A stretch of 64,000 bases of DNA from Flectonema sp. DT1601 (taxonomy: Eukaryota): contig OZ025788.1 of NCBI GenBank assembly GCA_964019425.1, forward strand, positions 62,001-126,000. Reading direction: 5' to 3'. The notes under the pieces are model-generated. The model was not told the origin of the DNA and searched no databases. It was given only the letters and a program-made list of their open reading frames with translations. Shown here one piece after another: positions 46,101-59,387 of the stretch. The position numbers and the translations under genes were made by a program. The first letter of the stretch is position 1. Each line of letters opens with the position of its first letter.

Positions 46101-49058
46101 CTCTCCTTCTATTTCTTCTGTTGAGGTTGAGCTGTGCCATAGTGCAGATGCTTTGCTTCTGACTGAAAACTTTATTGTGTGTCCGATGTCAGAATCAACA
46201 GGTGTGTAATTAGTATCACTTGAAACTACTTCACCGTCAGAGCGAATCCATTGAAATAACAAGTGTGGATAGTTTATATTATTGTTGTTGTCGATTTTAT
46301 AGTTTCCGAGCAGTTCGATTCCGACCTCAGGAGGTGATTTAAAATCAACTCCCTCAATCCAGACCTCAGTAATAACGATGCTACCTGGGTCTCTGTGGCT
46401 GACAGGTCCAATTGTTGTGACTGTGTCTTCACCTCTCTCACCATCGATTCTGATGGGGGTGTATTTAACAGAAATATAGCCTCCCACATCATTGTGAGTG
46501 ATGTAGTAGTCGCTGCTTTTAGGTGTTGATTTCCATGATGATTTTAACGCGGGTGGATTTGAATCAGCGTGTGAACACCAAACTATAATTGAATTACCTT
46601 CTTCACCTCCAATGTATTTTGAGTTAATCGTTAGGGTTGCTGCTTCTTGAGCTTCACCAACAACTTCTAATTTGACAGACGGTCTTGCTGCTCTTATGAT
46701 TGGCGTCTTACATGTGACAGGTCTTCCTAAAACACCATCATTACGACATGGAGTAACAATTACTGATACATGTTTATTTAAATCTTGTACTCCCAGTAGG
46801 TATGTGTATGTTGATATCTGTGAATCTGAAGTTTCACCTTCCCACACAAACAGGTGTTGGCTCGCCTGTCCTCCCATGTAAGTGTAGTCTAGTTTGAGTA
46901 AGACACCTTCTTCAAATACTGTTTGCATGTCACCTTGTGTGTTTACGAATTGAAGATTATTGATTTCAGGGGTGCAGTGAGAGATTAGTTCGGAAGTAAG
47001 TGACAGTGTCTCACCCTTAAGACCTAAACTTGATACTGGTGTGATGTCAACTCGTATCGAGTTACCGACGTCAGATCCTCGAGGTATGATTGATTTTGTT
47101 GTACAGACAGGATCAATAATCAAATCAGGATATGTCTGTTCTCGTCTATACCAAATGTACTCATGTTTACCACTGTATCCACCGTTGTATGTGAAATCAA
47201 CGACAAGAGGTCGGCCTTCTACTGCTTCAGTTACAAACTTTGCATTTGATGCCGTCGGTATTCTCGGTAAAACCTGATCAGATATGACCATTGCTGGTTT
47301 ACCTTTAGTTCCATCAATTCTTCTTGGTGTGTATACCACAGCAATCCTATGACCAACATCTTCTAATGTACAACAATAACAAAATGGATCCTTTACTTGT
47401 ATAATTGAATACACATTGTCATCTGTTTTTGACAGCCTTCTCCATTCAACCATTGATTTCTGTTCTACTCCTCCTTTATACTCAACGTATATCAAAAGAT
47501 CCTCATTCTCAACGGCTGTACCGTTGAATTGTAATGATGTGACGTTTGGTAGAGACGGTACTACTTCATTTGATATATCATAGACAAGAGAATGAAACAG
47601 ACCATCATCGTAGCATAAAACTTCAACACGTAATGATTTCGCAATGTCACTTAAAGTAGGGGTGTATGAGAGTCCATCAGCAGGGATGACTTCAAAGTTT
47701 CGTGAATTACTTGACCGCAACCATCTAATGAATAATATACTTTCTCTGATCTCATCATCATCTTCACCATCTGCTTCAGGTACTACTAATGAAGTATATT
47801 TCTGACCGTCACACATTGCATACGGTTCATCGACAATATCAACCCCATCGACGACATACTTAAAGTAATACTGTCCAGGTACGACGTACAATGTCAGTGA
47901 ATAGAACCCTGGAGCGTTTCTGTCTGGAGTCATGTGGACGGCTTTCCAACTAGTCAGATTGGTTTTAAGAATTACTCTGGACGCGTCTGGTGCTGAAACT
48001 CTAAATTCCATTGGAACAATGTAATGTGAATGAAATACTTTAGAATGTGAGATATTCCTTTCACGAGTATCCTTCAAACACAATGATAAGTTTAAAGGTT
48101 CTCCCTCAACACATCCACTATTGTCTGCATCGCATGTTATCGACAGCAGTTGTAGATTTGTTGATTTTGATTTATTTATTTGACTCTGGAGGATGTACCT
48201 ACTCGCAGATTCTGTTAACTCATCACCCTGAGATGGAACGTATCCCTCGACAATTGCGAATTTAACTTTATCATCAACCAACTGTGATAGCTGTTTTTCT
48301 GAATCTGTAACCAACTTGTTGTCAATTTTAATGATTGATTTTAAATTACACAAAGATAACAGAGCACTTCTGTAAGTAGGAAGGCTGTAGATAGGATTTC
48401 CAACCATGTTGACCGAATTTAATTTCGGAAGATATGGAAAAGCTCTCAAGTCTTCGATATCATTATGATGAAGAGAGAGAACTCTGAGATTCTCTAAACT
48501 ACCCAACCCATCAAAGGATTCAATAGCGTTGCTGCTTAAGGTTAAAGTTTCTAAGAGAGGTAATGATGTGAATCCCTCTAAAGTAGTTAAACTATTACCT
48601 GTCAGATATAAGTGACGGAGGTTTGGTAATCGGCATTCTATTGCTCCTGTTAGACTGATGTCCCAGAGGAATTCACAGCTGGAGATATCATTTAGTGACA
48701 AGTCGAGTACCTTTAAGCATTCCAGGGGTTGCCAAGGATCAAATTTTGTAAAATCATTCTCACGGAGATATAAATATTCGACGTCTGGATTTTCATTTGC
48801 GACTTCTCGAACTGTTTTCATCGCGTCGTTTCCATTATAGCGTCGGCTGTTTGATGTGCTTCGTCTACTACTCGTCGGTGACATGACTTTTCTCCTCGGA
48901 GTCATTGGAGATACACTAACCCGAGATATCCTCTCTCTCGGAACTGGTGACGGCGACATCGTCACACTCAGTGACATTCTTCCTCTTTTTGGAGTTCTCG
49001 GAGAGTCGCTGACTCGACTCCGAGATCTTGAGGTCGATACCGCTGCCGGATGCGGCAT
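43159..49058 (-). CDS. AIR9: AIR9-like microtubule-associated protein (basic N-terminus, LRR, CBM48-like insert, A9 repeats); exons 49058-45624, 45552-45437, 45366-44368, 44195-43376, 43206-43159
   Basis: S/R/P-rich N-terminus, LRRs, and repeated Y.GG.EG.S...W..DVG..I.V.YTP.R.DG..G units. Four phase-consistent GT-AG introns join three tracked ORFs and two small exons. Confidence 0.85.
43261..43341. repeat. Structured repeat family A, copy 6 (short, intronic)
   Basis: ccattcagataaagc..atctgaat arms and a ccgac-gat-gtcgg hairpin. Lies inside the predicted last AIR9 intron (43207-43375). Confidence 0.8.
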
Positions 49059-49307
49059 CTCAACTTCTATCTGTTAAGGAGAAGGTGAAATACTATATAA
49101 TCAAACAGAGATAACAAGAAGTAATCGGTGGTATGGTGTGTACCTCTCGAACTGTATGAAGAAATACATAAGGATAACAACGTGAATCACGTCATCTACA
49201 TACAACCCAACCAGATAAAGAAAGCGACAACCGAGAGCTAGGTAAAGGCTGATACAAGATTTCTTCAAAAAAAATACAAAACACGATTCGGATTAAGAAT
49301 CCCGTCT

Positions 49308-49757
49308 CTAGACTTTTGTTTCCGGACATGCAAATTTCCTCGTGTGCTCTTTAGCTACTGTTTCGAATTCCTCTTTCGATTTTTTATAAAGATTAAAAGC
49401 CTCCTCACTAAGAGGGCAATCAACATTAGGATCCCTCATGAGGATGATAATGTTATGAATTATTTTCATAATTGTCAGCGCAGGTGACCACATCGACCCT
49501 AAGATATCGAGGTCGAGACCTCCTCCATTTGACACATTCGGATGAAATATTTTCGTAATAAACAGTACTCTGGGTGGTTTAAAAGGATACCGCTCTGGTA
49601 ATTTCATTGACAACCAAAACACACCTCCTGCATAAGGAGTGTTTTCTTCACCCAATATTGCACATCGAAGCTCGTATGTACTAATTCGATGGATGATAAA
49701 ATTATTTTTACTCGTGTCGTGATCAGATAGCTCTTTATTTATCCTTAATAATGACAT
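49308..49757 (-). CDS. UBC4/5-like E2 fold protein lacking the catalytic Cys (UEV-like)
   Basis: Motifs TPYAGGVF, YPFKPP and IFHPNV...GGLDLDIL..WSPALTI. The canonical GxICLDIL has Asp in place of Cys. Confidence 0.88.
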   Translation of the reverse strand: MSLLRINKELSDHDTSKNNFIIHRISTYELRCAILGEENTPYAGGVFWLSMKLPERYPFKPPRVLFITKIFHPNVSNGGGLDLDILGSMWSPALTIMKIIHNIIILMRDPNVDCPLSEEAFNLYKKSKEEFETVAKEHTRKFACPETKV

Positions 49758-49843
49758 TTGTTTGTTTTATTTTTTTTCTTGTAATACCTGAAAAACAAGG
49801 AGATTAAAACTGGTTTTTTTTTTTTTTTTTTTTCTTTATCTTC

Positions 49844-50280
49844 TTAATACACAAAAGTAACCAGCGGTAAGTACATCAACTTTGTCAAATTGAGGAATGA
49901 CCCTATCATGCCTCTGCTGTTAAATGCAGTCTTTACCTTATCGCTGCTATTCTCATTTTGATTTAACCAGTAGTATGCAGCAACCTTATCAGTCGCTACT
50001 ATCATGCTTCTGGACCAGCAACAGCTAAGATACAACTCTGTGAGCAGACTCCGCTGTTAAATGCGGCTCTCTTTACCTTATCGCTGCTGTTCTCATCGAT
50101 TGCTTCAACGTTAAACTTTTTATCGCAACAAGTACACCATCTTCCTGATTTCTTATTTAGTTTATTAGATTGATTATATAATAAAACTTCCTTCATTTTC
50201 GGTGGAAATCCTGGAGGAAGTGAATCCTCCAACTGTCTCATGTAGTTTTCAATTTCTGGACCAGTACTTGGAATCGACAT
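49844..50280 (-). pseudogene. Small split ORF with an internal duplication; frameshifted gene or pseudogene
   Basis: Two overlapping minus-strand ORFs in different frames both contain ENSSDKVK.A(A)FNS. No clean intron joining them was found. Confidence 0.35.
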
Positions 50281-50628
50281 CTTTAGTTAGAAACTAGCTG
50301 CGCTTAAAAAAAAATCAAAAATATTGTATCAGAGGATTTGTTGGTGTTCTGTTTTTTGTGTCAACGAAAACCGTTACTATAAATAGAAGTTTCTATTTTG
50401 TTTATTTAAGTGAAACTATGCCTGAGAGGAAAAGGAAATAATGATCACACAAAGAGAACGACTCCACAGTACTATATCAATACATACAGAAATAGGGAAA
50501 GGAAACACAAGTCTAATTGTGTATAAACAAAACATAAATACGATACAGAAACACAATGTTATTTTATTTCATTGCGACAGGGGAAAGAAAAGAAAAGATG
50601 CGAATAGCAAGAATCAACCAGAAGACTA

Positions 50629-53600
50629 TCAAGGAAGACCAATATAAGAAAGATGTTCCAAAGGCATTGAACTACTCGGACTCTCACTTCGAAGGCTTTC
50701 ACTGCGTCGAAGAGTTGCTGTGGTTGGTGGCTGGTAAGCTGATCTACGAGGTGAATTAACTCTCGGAGGGGATCCAACACCAAACTGACGCTGTGATGAC
50801 ATCGATAACCTGGGTGATCTCGTTCTCTGAGGTGAGTTGTATGATCTCCCACTTCTTATCTTTCGATATGACGGTGAAGGTGATCCCGACAGAGTTGGAG
50901 GTCCACTTGAATTCTTTGTTTGCGGAGATATCTTTAATTGATCTTGTTGAGAGTACGATGCGACATGTGTGTGTGATGTCTCAGAAGCTTTCCAAGCACC
51001 CAACACTGCACGTCTTAAGTTATCTAACCACTCAGTTCTTTCACCAACAGTAGCTGCACAGAATCGATGTTTACCACCCTTTGATAATTCAACATAAAAT
51101 CCAAGTTGTTGATAACGGTTAACAGGAGGAGGTGTTGCTCCGTCCGCGAAGAGCTCAACTTCAACAGCAACGATGTTTGCTAATCGAATGCTGTGGACTT
51201 GAGGACCACCAGATCTTCTCGGATCAGTGTTACTGAATAGAAGTTGTCCTCGTTCTTTATCTAACCAAACATATTTCTGATGCCAAGTACCACCACCTTG
51301 CCAATCTGATAGAGACATTAACATCCAACCATCACAAGGTTGTGGTTTTGGATGAACCATATCCCAGAGATGTGAAATAAGACTCTGAGCCCATTCTAAT
51401 TCAATATGTCGTTTACCTTCAGCATGTGAGTAGAGTAATCGAAGAACGTCCGCTTCGAAATTCTCCATCATTAAGATGCTACATTGTTGATATTGATCAT
51501 CTCGTTGTCTTTGAAGATGTTTTACAGTTCTCTGTAACTCGTCAACCTTTTCTTCTTCAAGAGAGTATAGTTTTTTCAACATATCCATTTGATTCGATAA
51601 GGCTATCCTTGTTCCTGCTAAGGCAGGTCCTTGAACGTACTCACTCGCAATCCTCCACATCCTCGCGTGGTGCTCTTCGACTATTTTTTGTCTCTCAATT
51701 ATTTCAACGAGTTGAAAATGACTTCTTGCAATCTGTTTTTTTTTTTTTTTTTTTTTCATTCCGATTGTCCAACCTGATATAGTAAATTACACACCAGTTG
51801 CGCACGAGCATCTTTCTCATAGTGTTCTTCTCGCAGTCTTGCGATATCTTCGTATAAATAAAAAGACGGTCTCTGAAGCATGTACTTTCTTATAGCTAGT
51901 ACTCTATCACCTCTGTGGTCTGAAGCCCAAAGCCTCCATTTATCGTAGAGGACTTGGTGTCTCAGACGATCATTTTGCTGAAATGTGGTGTCAGCCGCGC
52001 GGATTCTCTGTCGATTGAACTTCTTCCACAGAACCCACAATCGTAACTTATTATAATATCGAGAACGATCTGCCCAAGGACATAATGTAAGTAATTGAGT
52101 GTCTCCCAGTAAAAATGAGTAAGCATTTCTTGATCTGGCCAGCACACGTTGAAGAGATTTATATTTATCCTGCATGTTGCTAACAGCTCCCCTTTCAAGT
52201 GTTGAGGCTGTGTCATTTGCGACTTGTCTCAGTTCAGCTCGAAGCCAAATTCCTTGATATTCCCTTCTACCTCTTTCTTCAGCTTCCAAAAGTAGTCTAC
52301 CAGCAGATTCCAGCCGCTCAACAGCGTTCCTTTCACTTATAAAATAACGATTCTTCCAATGGTAGACCTGGGCTTCTGCGCGACACCAGAGAGTGAAATA
52401 TTCTCGTTTTCCACGTTCTTCACCTTCGATGGCTGTTCGGCGAGCTTCCTCTAAAAGTTCGATATCATTTCCCATGTGAGTTTCGATTAGCTGTTGCAGA
52501 TGATGTGTTCTGTCAGTAGCTGTCGATGCGAGTTCTTCTTTCTCTGCCAAGGCTTGCTCTGCTTGTTGACGACGTAGGGCTGCTTGATTAAGAGCACTCT
52601 GAAGTTCGTCGTTTTTAAGTTCTAGTTCAGCAAGAGCCTGTTTGTATCTTGAGGACTCGTCAATAGCTTCACTTACCTCATTAGTCAGATTATCGATATC
52701 CTTTTTATCTTGTGTTCGACCAGTTTCACTTTCTCTTTTTAACTTTTCATTTTCAGAACGAAGTTTTCCTAATTCATCTTCAGCGTCTTTTCTTTTTACA
52801 ACAGCTTGATCAAGTGCAGCTTGCATGGCCTGGAGTCTTTTATCGGCCGCTTTTAGCTTTTCTTTTTTATCATTTCCTTCGTCGTTTTTTTTTCCAACTA
52901 TTTCTCGGAGTTGATCGACTTCACGTTCCAAGTCAGATCTCGTTTTGTCGAGTTCAGCTTTTTTATCCTTCAAGTCTGCTTCGTTCTTATCGAGGGATGC
53001 TTTTGTCGTTTGGAGTTGTTCTGTTTTGGTGTCGAGTTCTTCCATAATACTTCCCATGGCTTCACGTTCTTTTGCGAATTGTTGTTTTAGTTCTGATAAT
53101 TCATCGCGTTCATCATCGGGTATGTCAGTTGGAAGATTGTGTACAATACCAGCTTTACTAAATAGAGTTCCAAGGTAAGCTAATAAAGTTGGTAGATCTG
53201 TATCAGGGATGTGTGCTAGGCCTATTCTCCAAGGCTTTGACCTGAGAAGTCGCTTCTCTCTGTCGTATCTCATCTGGTTTGGTTCGCCTCTGACAACACC
53301 ATTAATACAGAGGTTTAATTTACCTTTTGCGTTTAGTAGCATTCGAACGGCATCGCCGTCTGAATCTCCGAATTCAACGGCTTCTTTTTTAGTTGTTTTT
53401 GATAAGTCTTTTAGACACCACATGTCTCCTTCAGATCTTCCAGATCCGAGGTTTTCTCTTCTGGTCATAATGAGAGCATTTGATAGACAGACGGTGGTGA
53501 GGTCTTGGTATTCCCATCCTGCTTTGGAATTTATTCTTTCTCGTTTTAAATCTTCTTCCATTTGGACGAGTCTCAAATCTCCGCTTGTCCTGGTCTTTGG

Positions 53601-53738
53601 AGGTCTTGCTGGTGGCTTAGAGTCTTTGTCTCGCTCTCCATCACTTGATGATGCCCTGCTTTTACCTCCTGTTCTAGATCTTACATCGCCATCTGAAGAC
53701 TCCGGGGCTTTGCTCTTACCCCGTAGTCTGCCTAGCAT
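50629..53738 (-). CDS. Long coiled-coil protein with a C-terminal PH domain; exons 53738-51774 and 51732-50629
   Basis: A 41-nt GT-AG intron (51733-51773) joins ..LLYQ|IARS.. in phase 0. PH motif DGWM...WHQKYVWL...HRFCA....ERTEWL..L. Confidence 0.85.
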
Positions 53739-54173
53739 TGTGTGTTGTTGGTGTTGGTGTTGCTTAACCAACAGCTGTTTTAATAAGAAATTTCAGGATG
53801 TAAAATCACAGTATATAAAGTAATTACTGTCACAGTCAGGTTTCATATTGCTGTCAAAACAAGTGGGGTGTGTTAAAGCTTTTCTCAGGATATATAACTT
53901 TTTTCCGAGTATGATAAAAAATGACACTAGTCTAAACCTCCGAATACTTCCTCTTAAAAACTTTGCTGGTTTACTTTACTTTTTTTTATTGTTTTCGTTT
54001 ATTATTTTATTAATTTTTTCTTTTCATTTTCATTTTCATTTTTTTTTTATTTATTTTTTTTTCTTCCATTTCTCCCTTTACTTTTTTTTTTTTTTCGTTT
54101 TGTTTTGTTCTTGTTTCAAAATAAACGAAAGAACCCCTGGGCAGCATATTGTCTTCAGTAGTTACCAACAAAA

Positions 54174-54207
<34 letters not shown>

Positions 54208-54838
54208 TAGTAGCTTTCCTTTTCTAAAAGAGTCAAAGGAAAAAATAAAAGAAAAACAAAAAAAAAAAAAAAAAAGAAACTGCGCCCCCAGCATGTACGA
54301 AGGTAGTCAGGTATTAGATGATTCTCGTTTTACTTAATTTTTTTTTTTTTTTTTTTTTTTTTTTCCCATTCTTATTTCCTCTCCTCCACGGGCAAGGATT
54401 GAGGTATCCAGGGCATCAAGTCTTGGTGCACACTGTTAAGTCTGGTTAGGGAAAAAACGTGAGATATGAGGGACTCAGAACAGCACGAAACCAATGCGAG
54501 AAAAACGGTAGCCCAAATTAATTTAAGATAATAGGGAAGAGAATAAGGGATGAGGGGAAAAAAGAGGGGGGAAAAAGGGGGACCTGGCTCACAGGTTATG
54601 CTATGCTATAAATAACTGCCTGTCTACGTCAGGAGATTAATTTTTTTTTTTTTTTTTTAAAAAAAGGAGGGGGAAAATAATTAACTTATTTTTTTGAAAT
54701 ACCAAGCCAGAGATCTTGACCGCTATCTATCCAGACCCCCTCAAAAAAAAAACAAAAAAAAAAAAAGAGATGCTATGAAGTAAAGAAAAAAAAAGATGAC
54801 CGTTTTTTTTTTTTTTCCCCTCTTCAGTTTCCACACGA

Positions 54839-56677
54839 CTATGCCTCATCATCAGAAGAGTCCTGTGTGTGTTTTTTTGATTTTAACTTTTGTTTCGGAT
54901 GACTACCTGAATTAAATGCATAGTTAGACTTAAATTTAATACCTCAACAAGTGGACCAGCTCTGCTGAATGCAGCATAGCCATCCTCAGCGAAGGTACTC
55001 TTCGGGGATCTGGCAGGTGGTTCTCCGTCAGGCGGCATCGGTTGGTGCGGCTGCACATACTGAGTTTAGTTGTTGTTTTTTTGTTTTTTTTTTTCTTTTG
55101 AAAATAAAATCACAAATCCGTGGTTACTTTCCGTTATTCTTTTTTTTTTCCTCCTCCCTGAAACTAAACCAAACTAACTTGAAAAAGCAACTTGTCGGCA
55201 ACAAGAAAGCAGCTTTTCCTCAGATTCAAAATAATCTTACACCGCATTACACAACAGACAACGTCTCACCCATCAACACTGGGCTAGATGACGGGAATCC
55301 CTCATCAGGCAGGAGAAGAAAATTAAAACTTCACATTCGAGGATATCACAACCCTAAAAAAAGTTAAAACAAACCTGTCCAGTTTGATCAACTGAAGCGT
55401 TGACTAGGTACTGAGCGGACATGCCACCAATTCCGAGAATACCAGCAGCTGTTGGAACCATTGATTGAGGGAACGGTATTCCGTATGAAGCCTGTGGGTA
55501 CATCAACCCAGTTGGCATTTGAGCCTGTTGGGCTTGAGCTTGTGCCTGAGCTGCTGCTGCAGCTGCTCCCCAGTCGTGCATAAACTGCGGATATTGGAAT
55601 TGCTCCATGGCCTGTTATGTTATTAATTGTTTAAAAGAAATCATACAAAAAAATTAAAAAAATACCACATACATCTTCAATAATATGATCACGGTTAAAT
55701 AACGTTGTAGGCTCAAGAACATGTCTCTCATCGAGTGTGACGGATGTCAACATCTCACTTGGTGTCGAAGTTGGATCACGCATTGCATTCCATAAATGTG
55801 TCATGAGATCAACTCGTGCTCTTAATAAAGAGAAGCATCCACCCATCGAATCTTGTGTCTGTTCCTGAAGGTAATTTACAAAAGATACGTCATCCATGTG
55901 TTTGTGTTGTCTTCGATGCTTGAGAGCTGATACACAGTTGCAGAATTGTGTTCTGTTTATTTTTATTTTATTTTTTTTTCAAACTTTTCTTTAAAATAAC
56001 AAAAAAAATCAGAATTGAGTTCTTCCGAGGCGCAACAAGGTAAAGTTTTTAATAGAGGAGATGGTAACCAAAAAGGAAGGGTGCAGAAGGGTCAACAGGG
56101 AAGCCCTCTGCAACTCAGACACATACCACCACCTGATGGAACACCGTCTTTGACTATTGAGTTAGGGCAGTGAGACTTGAAGATCTCCTGATGAAATTCA
56201 AGGGGAAACAATGCCTGTTTCCTTGCTGTGCAGCAGATATCAAGAAGATGAAAACTTGCAGAATCAGTTGGTATTCAACTGATAAGCTCCAATGTGACTC
56301 AGCAGGGCTACAGGATGTGTTGGAGCAGGTGGTATACATTTAATATCAAAGATGTTGATAAATAGAACAACTATGTTACCACAAGATGATCTTGGTTTTC
56401 TCAGACCCAACTGTGGGAATAGACGGAGGACATCCGCCGCAGACAAGATAAAGTTCATTAACATTTGCAGGAACGCGGCCATGGTACGACTGATAAATTC
56501 GGCCGAACCAACACCAGTGGTTGACCTAGAAGACGAGTGGACTCGGACTGTCAACAAGGAGAGCCAGTGTCGCTATAGGCCTCCCCAATGTGTGTGTAGT
56601 ACTGTGTCTTGATGACTGTATCCATCATTATACTTTTAAGACTACAAAATTTCTCAGATAGAATTCCGTCGTCTTCT

Positions 56678-56716
<39 letters not shown>

Positions 56717-59387
56717 CAAACCTGAAATCGAGTACGATAGCAGCAGCGTTCGCAGGACAACGAATACGACGAGTAACGCCATTAATAGTAACTCCGAATG
56801 CTCTGTAAGTACCTTGAGCATCCTCCATGAGAGATGAACTATATCTTACAACAGGATACAACATGGTCAGTAAAAGTAGGAAATTACTTGAAGCCATAGT
56901 CTGTTGAACTGATACATTATTCCTACCTTCACTAACTGATACTGTGACTGGTACAACTACCTGTCCTAATCTCCAAGGGCAAACTACTGAAGGGATGTGA
57001 TGGTCGGGGTAGGTTTCATTTCTTTGTAAGAATAGAGGTACACCACTTTCTCTTTGTTGTCTTCTCGATTCGTTTCTAACCTGTCTTACCTGAACAGCAT
57101 TACTGCTATAGGTTGCACAGATCAACCATAAAATGATCGGTTGATGAACTTTCAATTGTTTTTGTAAACTAACAGCGTCAGTAATTCCATCCTCAGATGT
57201 GATGTAAGCTTGGCATGGAAAGTACGCTCTAATCTCATTGTGAAGATGAACAACCAATTCATCAATAGCGACAAGTCTTTCAAGGGAGACGCACATTTCT
57301 TCAGACCAATTAGTGACTTCTTCGTGAGCAAGACAACGTCTTTTCCATTCTAAATAAACAACAACACATGCGATTAAATCGGATTCGGATGTTCTGCAGA
57401 AGAATTCAAGAGATCTGTGAGTTCGTTCTTTTGATTGCGCTGTGGCTTCAAAAGAACCTCCTGGGACTTCAGAGTCTTCGAACGTCTGAGGAGAAACCGT
57501 GACAAACGGGATTGCTGTTTGTACGATCGCAGCACAAATCATTGTAAGCGTTTCTAAGCCCAACACTAGTCCGTAGAATACTAACGATCCGGCTTGTGTT
57601 CCAACAGGTAGTCTCTGAAGTATTAATCCCATAAAGGTTGGAGCATATCTAGCTGTGTCTTTTGCTAATTCAGGATTACAGTCAGCCGCTGATTCCATGA
57701 TATCCTTCGACCAAGCGAGAGTACCATCCTCGACATGTGACGGCATTATCGCTCCGATTTCAAGCAACGCTCGAATCGATATCCGCAATGACTCTTCTAA
57801 TGGAGGTCGTTTACAAAGTGAAAACAACGAATTAGGACTCGCACAAATATGTAATAAGTGAAGTGTCAAATCATCCAAACGAGAATGACAGATTGGAGGT
57901 GTTGGATAATCTTCTAACTGCTCAGCGTATTCTTGTGGGAGAAGTGAGAAATAAAACCCTTGCTGAGTTCTACCAACCCGACCTTGTCTCTGAGAAGCCG
58001 ATCCCTTACTAGTCCATTGCTGTACTAATTGAGGGTATAAGATTGTTGAGGGTTCTGAATTATCAATATAAGGTCGTTTGACTAGGCAAGTGTCGATTAC
58101 AAAAACAACATCTGGAAGGGTTACCGATACCTCGGCAACGTCAGTCGCCAAGTAGATCTTTTGCTTTTCAGATACCTGTTGAGATATTTGCTTTTGAATC
58201 CAACTGAGTTCGACGCTACCATGCCAAGGAATAGCATGAAGGCGATCACCCATTGTAGTCATCAACCACCTCCTCATCTTTGATACAGCTGCTCTTCCAG
58301 GAAGAAACACAAGGATGCTATGAGACAACTGAGACTCTGCCACTAATAGTTTTATCAACTGCTGGCATATGTACATTCCATTATCGTTCATTTCTGGGTT
58401 TACAACAGTTTGCTTGAAAGTTGGTGGTCTTCTCAACGCACTTCCAGTTAGTAATGAGGCTTCTTCTAAGTGGTAGTTATGGATTACGTATCTTTGTTTA
58501 TCGTTGCTGTATAGGCCGACGCTTAAACCAGAAAAGTATGATTCCCATTGCTCTGTATTGATAGTTGCACTCATGAGGATTAGTTTGTATCCAGTGTGTT
58601 TACCTCGGGGTTTTTGTAGGAGAAGTCGAAGTAGGGCAACCAGAACTTCAATTTCAGGTTGTCTTTCATGGAACTCATCAATGATGATGTGACTGAAAGG
58701 TGGAGCCATTCGACTATTTAATAATTGTAATAATAATGTGTAGCTCGTCATGTACCATAGTCGAGTGTGTTTACTTCCTCTGCGATCTCCTCGAATCCAA
58801 TATCCGACATCACTTTCACCAACAACACCACCACACATTCCAGCAACAGTTTCAGCAAGACGGATGGTTGCTGTTCGTCGAGGCTGTGTTGTTACAACTC
58901 TGTGGTCCTGATGAGCTTCCATGATAGCTTTTGGTACTAATGTACTCTTACCTGATCCAGTTTGTGTATTTATAAAAGTCACGTCATGTTTTTCTATAGT
59001 GTTAATAATCTCTGGTAACTCCAAGCTGTCAACATCAGCAGGAGAATACGTAGTCTGCCTCTGATTAGTCAACCTCTCTTTAAAAGAAGATGTAATTTCT
59101 TCAGCACTCGGTAATTCCGATGGTGGTTGATAAACCATTAACGGTTCATGATTCTTCTTATTGCTATTTCTTCTTCCATCATCTGTTCGTCTCCTAAACA
59201 GTAATGATCCCCTTGATGGTGCAGGAGTATTAGAAGGTGTAGTCAACTCATCGCCAGGCTCATTATTATCAACTGAGCTTCGAGTCTCTGAGGGGTGGGG
59301 ACTCTCATCTCTTTGCCTTACTGGAGGATCCATTTGTATTGTTTGGTCTGGCAGGTCGTGAGCCTGCTTGCCATCTCCTTCTGGCAT
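54839..59387 (-). CDS. DExH-box (RHA family) RNA helicase; exons 59387-56722, 55952-55673, 55611-55375, 55059-54943, 54862-54839
   Basis: Motifs TGSGKST, TQPRR, DEFH, MSAT, LVFLPG, ATDVAEVSVT and QRQGRVGR. Four phase-consistent introns add a Q/A/P-rich tail ending DSSDDEA*. Confidence 0.9.

Noticed and set aside
54385..54415. ingi/L1Tc 77-nt signature (HDV-like ribozyme)
   Set aside because: Only the fragments ccctgg and acctcaa match, and the required pairings are absent.
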